Assembly (NCBI GenBank): GCA_964035545.1
Contig: OZ037766.1
Coordinates: 11,770,722-11,834,721 of the forward strand
Reading direction: 5' to 3'
Length of the DNA stretch: 64,000 nt
DNA from: Bugula neritina
Lineage: Eukaryota > Animalia > Bryozoa
Position numbers and translations under genes: made by a program. The notes below the pieces were generated by a model. It made no database searches, had not been told where the DNA came from, and was given only the letters and a program-made list of their open reading frames with translations. Shown piece by piece: positions 51,769-62,189 of the stretch (positions within the stretch are counted from its first letter, which is position 1; every line of letters begins with the position of its first letter).

Positions 51769-54700
51769 ATGCTTCGAAATCTTTTGACTTCTCCAAGTTT
51801 TACTAAAGCAGGACAAAGCTTTAAAAGTACTCTCTTCACCAGTATTAATAATTTAGGCAGGCGTACTATGGCTACACTACATGATATGAGTGGTAAACAA
51901 ACTGTATGGATACGTCATGCTGAGGATGATATTAGGCTGCAGGCTACGTTTACTTATTGGAAGTATTTAAATCCTGATGAAAAAACTACAATATCTAAAC
52001 AACGATTATTCACTTTAAATAGGCTGGTTGATGAGCCTGTGGGTGAAACTTTTAAACGTCTAAAAGTGAATGTTGCAAAACATTTTTATTGTCAAACTAA
52101 AGGTGGCCCTCGATCTAGAAAAACTGTTGAAGAGATCAACACTGATGCAGCCAACTATGTTACAGTTCGTTTATTTGATAACACGGGTTCAGAGGTAAAT
52201 TCTTCAATCCCTAATAGTAATGCATGGGTTCAAGGAGGAAAACTGGAAATCAATGAGCATTATTATTATATCGAAATTAATCCTCCGGCTGTTAAAGAAT
52301 TGGAAATGCCGGTTAATATGCTGTCTGGTTATCTTCTACGTCCAAAGTTATCTCTGGAATTCGCTGATTTGAATGACTGCGTGTTTTCGTGGTACAGAAT
52401 CAATGGATCTTCAAACGAAGGTATTCTAGTTGGAGAAGAAGAGGTTTATACGCCTACAATATCTGACATCGGATGTCAATTGAAATTAGTTGTTCTTCCT
52501 AAACTCAAGCATAGGTGTGGACAGTCAGTTGAGGCTGTGTCTAAAGCCTATGTGACTGAAGGGCCAAAACGAGACTATCTTTTAGAAAGAAAACAACACA
52601 TTTGTGGGTGGACTTCCAGTCAAGGGTTTGTAAAAATTAACTATTGGCAGAATTTGTTGCAATCTGCTACTTGCCTTTTGTTGAATAGGGTAACAGGTGT
52701 TAGAACAACAATGTGTTGACAATTAGTTGCTGTAGCTTTTTCGAATTTAGAGGTTTGGAATTTAAGTAAGTTTCTATACATGTTATAAATCATTTTCTAA
52801 AAAGTTACTGTAACATCAATTTTTTGTTTTGTTAGAATATTTATTTTTGAAGATATTTTATGACCATTTCCTTGTTTAGTTTTAGAGTAGTCACTTACAA
52901 TGTTTTGGCTGATGTTTACACAGAATCCGAAGTATCTCGAACTAAGCTCTTTTCACACTGCCCCGCCCCATTTATTGACTATGGCTACAGGAAGCTGTTG
53001 ATAGCTCAAGAACTGCTCGGTATAATCATCTTCCGCACACTAAATGTTTTAAAAAATTTATTCGTTTAAATTATAAGTTCTGGTAATTTATCTTTTGCGG
53101 TCAATTAAATGCTAGTCACAAGGATAGAAGTGTAAAATGTTAGATAATATAAATGACTTGAGCAATGCATCAATACAAACACAGTATTCAAAGTCAACAT
53201 TTTACTCTTATTTCAAGTTATTCTGTTTAATTTTGATTTTCAAATATCTTTTAACTTTTTTATAGCATACTGTGCTGTTAGTTTGTTGCTTATAATTCCA
53301 ATAGTTTTATGAGATCAACGTAGAGTCAGACAATTTTATATTCAGCTATTGCAAGGATGTAAAATCTCATTTAGCGTCAGTAGAATCCAATTAGTTTTGA
53401 TGATAAATCATTGATTGAGATTCACTCTAAGCTTACTATTCTTTTTTATGTCTGTTTGGTGAGTTCGTCTAATCATATGCATTGTATTATTTTCACAGAA
53501 TATAAAGCAGACATTATATGCCTTCAGGAGTTAGACAAGAAACATTATGATAACTACTACCAGCCAGTTTTATCTCGCTATGGCTATGAATCCTCCATTT
53601 TGTTGAAAAAACATCAAAAAATCCCACCAAATGTAGTTGCAGAAGATCAGGAGTCAGGTAGAGTGCCTGTTGTGTATTCTTTATTGTCACTTTTGCATGT
53701 TGGAATTTTACACCTGAGACAACAAGAAGTGTATAATCTTGCCCAAGTGTTATAAAGTCACTATATTGTTATATTAGAACAGGACTAAATAGAAATATTT
53801 CAACATTAATATTACAACATATTTTATTTTTATTTTTGATTTCTCTGGTTGTGAAATATCCCTGTAATTTTTAAACCCATCTTTTACTTTAATAGATATA
53901 AAGCCTGAGTATGGGGTTTAAATTCAAGGCTTAGGGTATATATGTTTTGCTAACTAGATTCAACGAGTCTTGAACTTGGCTGATGCAATCATGCGCTACT
54001 TCTGCTAACACTTTTACTCTACTGTATCATGCAGATTGTGCAGAGAACAAAGGTGCAGAGTCTGCAAATTCTGATGAGCAGTTTGTCACTGTTAAGGAAG
54101 GCTCAGCTATTTTCTTCAACAAAACAAAGTTCAGGTGTGTTTTTATTTCTGTCAAATAAAGTGCAATTATCTTGAAGAATAAGTTTCATACTTTCAATAT
54201 GTACTGAAACAAATAATAATTGTTTTACTGGAGACCTCTCTGTACACATCACAAACTTGTGTGAGTTTTCTGTAGGGAGATTGGAAGACACGACCTCTCC
54301 ATAGCTGAGAGTATAGACAGTGATGTACTATTTGCAGACATCATGAAGCAAGCTAGAACATCCAATAGCATTACTGAGAAATTACTTTATCATTCGGGCT
54401 CATCTCTTCAGGTATGTGTGTTTTAAATGTTGAAATAAATCCTAATTTTGATGCGTTATGATATGAAAAACCTCGACATGCAGGCATAGTTGTACTGCAA
54501 GTCCGTACATATGTTTTCTGGTTTTAGGTGACAGTCTTAGAGTCAGTAGATAACCCAGCCCACCGCTTTTGTCTGTGTACTATTCATTTGTACTTTCATC
54601 CAATGGCAGAGGCTGTTAGATTGATTCAAACCGCAGTGTCTCTGCGCCACATTCAGCGTATCAAAGGCTTGTACGAGTCTCAGGTATGTATGCAACAGTT

Positions 54701-55690
54701 TAGCATTGATTACATAGGCACTAAATGCTCACACGTGTTATAAACACTTTCAACAGCAACATTTTAGCCTGCTGCGTCATGAATTTTCCTGTTGGTTTCA
54801 GGATCACAAGGTGTCCACGGTGTTTTGTGGTGACTTTAATTCTTCACCTGATAGGCAAACCGTGCAGCTTATTCTTAATAGATTTATTGACCAGTCTGAC
54901 AAAGTCTTTTCACAGGGTTCGTATTACTATATTACTACGAGTACATAAGTATTACTGTATTACTGCTCAACTATTACTATATTACTGCACAAGTATTACT
55001 ATATTAATATATAAGTATTACTATAATATTACTATATAAGTATTACTATATTATTCTATAAATATTACTAGGTAACAAGTATTACTATTTTTTTTCAATA
55101 TTATTCACATTTGAGTTAACTGTGACATGCTCCAGATATTTGGTAACAAATAAACATGGACCTTCTCAAACTGCAAAATGTAGTATTTCTTTTAAAATTA
55201 TTAGATATGGAGTTGTCTACACAGTAATAAAGTTGTAAAATTGTTCATTGCGGCTTCATGTCATACTGCATTACAGTCATATCATATGATATGTAGTTTG
55301 ATATGCTACAGTTGTAATATACTAACATTGATGCATAAACATGTGTGAACTGCAGTTAGGCCACACATTTTGATGTCACTCAATGTGCATAAACTTTGTA
55401 ATGTGCTGCAAGTTTTATCTACTGTATTTTTTTCAGACGATGTGTACAGAATGTCTGGTTTGGAGTTGCGACACACTTTGCAGTTCTCATCAGCCAGTGG
55501 TTTCCCTCAGTTTACAAATTATGTGCCAGCATTTAAAGAATGTATAGACTACATATTCTACGAGACAGAGCATATCTGTGTAGAGTTCGTTGTACCTATG
55601 CCGTCTGAAGATCAATTAGGTGGAGGCCTTCCTAATGAAAACTTTCCTTCTGATCATATTCCCCTCATCTGTGACTTTTCTTGGAAATAG
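51769..55690 (+). CDS. PDE12: 2',5'-phosphodiesterase 12 (EEP/CCR4-family mitochondrial deadenylase), 638 aa
   Basis: Exons 51769-52625, 52880-53019, 53499-53657, 54035-54134, 54276-54411, 54528-54683, 54802-54916, 55437-55690 (1917 nt, in frame). EEP motifs TYNVLAD, ICLQE, HLYFHP, CGDFNS, IDYIFY and FPSDH. PDE12-type N-terminal region (INPP..FSWYR..YTPTISDIGCQLKL) and a presequence-like start free of acidic residues. Confidence 0.94.
54921..55090. repeat. Degenerate (AAGTATTACTATATT..) tandem repeat in PDE12 intron 7
   Basis: Repeated TATTACTAT cores. Confidence 0.8.
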
Positions 55691-57077
55691 TTATGTTTAC
55701 AAATCTCTATGTTTATGTAACTTTGAGTATAACTCAAAATAGAACAGCTAATCTCTCGTATGTCAAAATACAATTCCATTTTATATAATAAATATGAGGT
55801 TGTGTTTTTGTAAGTGTTCCTTGCCATGCTGTTGTGTTTTAAATGAGCATTAGCGGAATTAGTTGTATACATTAGGAAGTTATTTAAACATGAGGTTAGA
55901 TTTACCATTTTTAATACAATAAGCTTAGGCAATACCAAGTTAAACTATAAATTTATTCATATTTTTTTGGTGCTTTTTTAAGCCAGAGTTGTTCAGAGTT
56001 GCAGGCTCCTTTAGCTGACTAAGAGAAGCAATTACAAACTTTTTACATTATTGAAGTTTTGCAACAGTTTGTCATGTAATGATTTATCTCAACAGTCAAG
56101 TTGCTTTTTCATGATGGACAGAAGTGTTTTTCAATATGTTCTTGCTGTTATATGAATTTTTACTTCAATTTTTCTTGATTTCTTTTTGAATTAGGCATTA
56201 TTTTTATAAAAACACAAAGATCGAATTGAATATAAATTAATTTTTTCTTCTAGATAAAAATTTGAATACTTCAATTCACGGGCTGATAAAAATGTTTGAA
56301 AAATTTTACAATTATGTTGAGTGAGTAATGGAGTGGGTAGGGAAAATATGTAATCAGGTTGGTTGGTTATAGAATAGTTCATTTTTTATTGGAGTTTAAA
56401 AATAATGGGACCCACCACTTGCAGGCAGTTTTCAATGTAATATTAATAATTATTGACAATGATAAAATAATAATTGATTTATAATTCTATTATATTTTAG
56501 TGTTCTTTATGTTCTGTTGGGAACATAGAAAGCCTCTATGCTGGTTTGATGATTTTCCCCTCCTTGCTGCTTTTAACCCTTAAAAGGTAAAAGTTAGCAT
56601 CGTAATCACAGTCAACCAACAAAAGAAACAATTGTTGATTAAATTACCTGGTAAATTAAACATAATAAAATTAAGCTAAAATGTCAATAATCTTATAACA
56701 AAAACAGACCCTATTATTCTAATTTAAAATTTATCTAATGCAAATATATCATATCACTTTATTGATACTGTTGAAGTAATTTAAAAATTGTTCAACCATT
56801 TTTGGGGATTGTATACTACAGTAGCAACTCTTGTAGAACTACATGTATAGATGACTATATTATTATTGTGTAAATAATTTTTGGTAGTATTAAATGTGCA
56901 ACGATTTTTCACCAAATAAATAGGTCAACTATAAGTACAAAAGAAACACATGTAATACTTTATCAGTTGTCTTCAAATAATGTTTGTGAATGGCTGTAAC
57001 TGTTTTCTTTTATCAACAAATAGTATTTTAGCTTAACTGTAACTTAAATGTATACCTCAAAATTACAATTAGACATG

Positions 57078-58889
57078 TTGCTTTGGCGAATTATATGTAG
57101 CCTGTGAAAATAATGTCAAACTAATACTTGAGTTTTAATCTATAATGCAATTTGCAGAAGCTAGAAATTTCAACGGCAGATTTCTGTAAGTTTTGCAACC
57201 ATTTTATATTTGTATTCATAAATGTTGATTTCCATTGTATGCTTCAGAAAGTGACACAACCTCTTGAATATATATAACTGGTATAAGCTTATTAAAAATG
57301 TATAGTTTTAAAAATAACAATACTTTGTATAGTACAATATACTGTTAAAAAGTCTGTAGCATATTTATTTCTTGTGTAATATAATTGCTTTGTTGGTTTT
57401 TGGCTGGCTAAAATACTATTAAATCAATTTTGAATGAACAAAATATATTGCATTATAGTGGGTAATAATTGTCTAAATTCTTAAAGAAAATGACATCAAA
57501 ATTTAGGAGAAAAATAGGATCTGGTTTGTCAACATCCACCTTTCATAGCAACTGTCACAATCCACTTCCAAATCTTCGTCGCATGTCTACAAAAAATTAA
57601 AACATGTTTTGACTGCGAATAATATCAATGAGAGAATTAATAAAGTAAATACTGTACTTTTATATCTGGCATCAATTTATTTTCTGAGCTAAGATTTTAA
57701 ACACTTATAGCACTTTTTAACCCAGTAAAGTAATATTGTAAGCTAATTTTTTTTCATCTCTTGTACGTTTTCAATTTCAAAAAAGCAAAGCCAATTATTA
57801 ATTATTAGCTTAAAAATCTAATTTATTGCTCTTTGCTATGAACTTGTAGTTTAGTAGAATGTCCATTTAATTTTTCATCACTTTCAACCTTTTTTTTCAA
57901 TTCTATATAATTGATAAAATATGTTTAAATCTGTTATAGTATTGCAAAAACCTACCAAGCCGTAAAAATGTTCATTTAAACTATTCAAAAGTATTCTTTG
58001 GTGTTTAGCTTTGGTTGTCTGGTGAAGACATGACTCAGAGTTACAGCACAAAACATTCTCTTCCCCTTCAAAACATTCTTCATAGTGTCGGTCTGGCAAA
58101 AGCTTGCCCATCTTGATATCGAGATAATGTATTTGTTGACAGTATTAAAACAACTTGTGTATCTGACGGAATGCAATGAGTTTGTGATTCTCCTGCTGTA
58201 CTTCTGGCTTTATATATAGCAAATCTGGGCCAACCCTAGCAGTAATTAAATATGGAACTTATTCAACAACCTGTCAATCAAGTACTCTCCCTTGACTGTC
58301 CACGCACTGCTCTGATGAACATACAGTTAGGTGGGCAGGTCTACGGATATGGTAATTTGCTGTCATTCTATTTAAAATAATCTAAAATAAACATCCAATA
58401 GTGGTGTCAGAAGAGCGGAAAACAACAATTTGAAGCATGTGATGTGAAGCTTCATTGCACTTTGGCAATACAAATACACTGGTTTTTGTATTGCACAATT
58501 AAGCTCAAACTGCTTGGTGCAAAAATTAGTTCAGATTTCCCAACAAGTTTATGTAATGTGAAATTGTTCAACATGATTATAGAGCAAACAATTGTGATGA
58601 CTTCTTTATCAAAGCAACAGCAACACAATAGTAGCAGTATGATTATGCAAAATAATGATCAGTCATTCTGTTAATTGTCTTCCACTTTGACAGAAAAATA
58701 AATTAGTCAAGCTCTAGCTCCGACATACGTATATATATATATATTTTGTTTACACAAGTGGGTTAAAAAGCCCCCCACAAAATAAACTGTCAGGTTACCA
58801 TTTTATATTAACTGGCTAATATTGGATGTTTTATAGCTTTGGAATATTTTAAGGTTTAAGTTGAAATTGAAATCATTTGCTTAGTAGGA
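57078..58889 (+). repeat. Segmental duplication, left copy (matches 62190-64000)
   Basis: Direct, colinear, near-identical match starting at gttgctttggcgaattatatgtagcc. Confidence 0.97.
57452..58235 (-). pseudogene. Disrupted left copy of the same unidentified minus-strand gene
   Basis: Same exons (58235-57956; 57586 downward), but with AAA>TAA at 58145-58147 and a 1-nt deletion giving an early TAA at 57503-57505. Confidence 0.55.
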
Positions 58890-60841
58890 TATAGCTATTA
58901 TAGATTTGAAAACATCACAATTAATAAGTTTTCTAATTGTTAAGTACTCATCATTTGTTTATGAATTGCTAAAACCAACATCGTTCTTTTTTGTCCAGTT
59001 TGACGCTATGTTTTATTAATGTTTTTTAAAAAAAGTAAATGAAGTATAGGCAATAATTATTCACGTAAGCGCAACCCATGTGACAACTAACAAGAGGTAC
59101 ATGATAATTGGACCATGTGTGCAAAAGCATGACGATTAGAACACTATCTGTGTAAAAGCTCTGAGTCTGTAGTGGTAAAACATCACGTGGCTGTTAGTTT
59201 AGACGCTGCACGTGTCAGTTGCTACTCTTGCATAACAAATGAGGTGTCAGACAATTATATGACGAATTGTACAAAAATGCAAAAAATGTAATTGTTTGAA
59301 AATTGTTGTTGTTTCTGCCTTCTGGGTTGATAGTTGTTTAATACTCTATTTTTTCACCTTTCTCCGCCATTTCCTGATCGGGTGGCAGTATACTCACTAT
59401 ACTCTATTGCTTACAAATAATGTTTGGAGTAAATTATTACTATAATATAATGATATTATGTGTATATGATATGAGGTGAAAGCAGACCAATTATGATAAT
59501 TTGAAAATTATGAAAATCTAGAAAATTGACAAATTTGTAGCTCAAGTCAAATTCATACTCAGGCTGTATCCATAATGAAGATGTCATATTCTATACATTA
59601 ATATACCTGAAATATTTCAACACCTTTGTGCAGTTGAAATGAAAGTTCTTAAATTAATTCAGCTATAATCTATTGTCATGCCAACAATTAACTGCAGTTA
59701 CTATGGCTGGAAAAAAAAAACAAAAAAGTCGAAATATTCTTTTACACAACATTCATTTCATGCCAATGTAGGTAGCAAATTAACATAATGACTGTAGGCT
59801 ACTTATAGAGGAAAATCTTTCATCAACTCTGTAAACATTTGTAGTTACTTCATGAACAAATATAGGAAATTCCACCCTGTTGTTTCAGCTACACGTGACT
59901 GGCCTAAAAGCAGAACACTCCTTCCTGTATTATTCAACCAATTCAAATAAATTTTATATTGTTATGAAAATCTTCAAGTTAGAGTGAGTGGTTAGATACA
60001 AACAAGTGAATTACATAGACATGATGATAGTAGTATTAATTCTTTTCTGTACATATAGTTTGATGAATAACATTCCACATATCAGCTGAATATTTGAAAC
60101 ATATATAATGTTATTCTGGTTTTGTTTTATGTTATGAAAAGCACAAACTTATGCTGTAAAAATAGATAGGACTAAAAAGTTATGAAATGCTTTATGAGCA
60201 TATAACATGCAGCAGGTGTATTCATCAGCTGTGAACCAGTAGGAGTCTGTTGAAATTAACAGAATCAAAACTGAACTGCATCTACATTGATTTAGATGTT
60301 AAGCAGACTTCATTTCACTTGAACAGTATTTTATTTTCTGAGGTCGCAATATCTATATAGGACGTATTTGCTTAGCTTTGTAAAATCATTACCCAATTTT
60401 TTTCCATTTTTTTTCTTTTTTTTCAATTTCAGTGCAATTTTATAAAAAAAACCCGAGATATACAATATTATAGTCAAAAAGAAAAATTGAAAATGTTGAG
60501 ATATAATAAAACAATTTGCTGTTATTTGTAATTATTGAATGTCTCCAAATAAGTATAAATAACAATCAGAATAACACTTCTTTATCTCTGCAAAACCAAG
60601 GTGTAAACTCGAAGAAAATTAACGTAATTTTAATTCCAGTTCCATCATAATCAGAACCTCTCAATGTGTACAGATGTATCATAATAATGATGCCGCAGTT
60701 GAAATCTATATTTTCCATGCACCATAACATTACTTTTCCATCATTTAATTGTGCTTCATGTAGAAAATCTGTCATTGCTAAGTAACATTACAATATCCAA
60801 CACATTATCCACACTTCTATTAATAAATATTAGTTTTTCTC

Positions 60842-62180
60842 TTTTGTCTGTTGGAATAATACACCTGAGACAACAAGCAGTGTATGATCTCACCCAAGTT
60901 CTTTAAGTCACTATATTGTTATATTGGTACAAGAACAAATAGAAATATTTCAACAATTATATTACAACAGATTTTAATTTTCTTTTTGATTTTTCTGGTT
61001 GTGAAACAACCTTGTAACTTTCACACCATTCTTCTACTTTAATAGATACAAAGTCCGAGTATGGGGTTTAAATACAAGGCTTAGGATATATATGTTTTGC
61101 TAACTAGATTCAACATTCTGCATCACATCAGGAGTCTTGAACTTCACTGATGCAGTCATTCACTACTTCTGCTTTTTGTTCCACTATAGTGTATCATTCA
61201 GATAGTCCAAAGAGACAAAGTCTGCAAACTCTGATGAACAGTTTGACACTAGGAAGAGAGGCTCAGCTATACTTTTCAACAAAAGAAAATTCAGGTGGGT
61301 TTTTATTTCTGTCAAATAAAAGGCAAAGTTTATGACTCACGGTTGCTATAGTTTTTAGTTATAAGAAAGAGAAAACAACTTCACTGTTTTTATATTCATA
61401 CATATTTTTCACCCTAAATAATAATTAATCACTCAACTACTTGACGTAGCAAAGCTCTGCTTTCCAATTCAATACTTTTTCTAACTCATTGACATTGATA
61501 GTGCTGTATTTTCACTCCTAGTACTATAATGGAAAATATATATGTAGGCATGGTTGTACCGCAAGACCATACATGTGTTTTCTGGTTGCAGGTGACGGTC
61601 CTGGAGTCAGTAGATAGCCAAGCCCAACGCCTCTGTCTGTGTACTATTCACTTGTAATTTCATTCAATGGCAGAGGCTGTTAGATTGATTCAAACCGCAG
61701 TGTCTCTACGCCACATTCAGCGTATCAAAGGCCTGTACGAGCCTCAGGTGTGTATCAATCAATCACCTGGGCACTGAATGTATAAACATGTGTTATAAAC
61801 ATTACCAACAGAAATATTTTAGCCTGCTGTGTCAAACTGCAATATATAGTATTTCTTTTAAAATTATTAGGTGCGGAATTGTCTACACAATATTGAATTT
61901 CTAAAACTGTTCATGTTTTAATAAATATACGCAGCTTCATGTTGTATTGCATTACAGTCATATCATATTAGATGTAATAGGATATTTGTTGTAATCTACT
62001 AACATTGATGCATAAACAGGTGCAAACTGTAATTAGGCCACGTATTTGAATGTCACTCAATGTTTATAAACTTTGCTAAGCACCACCAATTTTATCTACT
62101 ATACTTTTTCAGATGATGTGTATAGAATGTCTGGTTTGGAGTTGCGACACACTTTGCAGTTCTCATCAGCCAATGGTTTC
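60842..62180 (+). pseudogene. PDE12: Partial unprocessed PDE12 pseudogene (duplicated 3' half)
   Basis: Homologous to about 53690-55504 including introns. The exon-4 copy 61202-61294 is 7 nt short (frameshift), exon 5 is absent, the exon-6 copy 61592-61747 has TAC>TAA at 61655, exon 7 is deleted, and the last exon is truncated near 62180. Confidence 0.92.
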
Positions 62181-62189
62181 TGGTTTCTG

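Noticed and set aside
51769-55690. CCR4/CNOT6, nocturnin or angel identity
   Set aside because: There is no leucine-rich repeat; the presequence, N-terminal domain and terminal ICDFSWK fit PDE12 better.
58444-58674. Plus-strand ORF repeated at 63514-63786
   Set aside because: Its conservation is explained by the recent duplication; it has a non-ATG start and no recognisable domain or splice structure.
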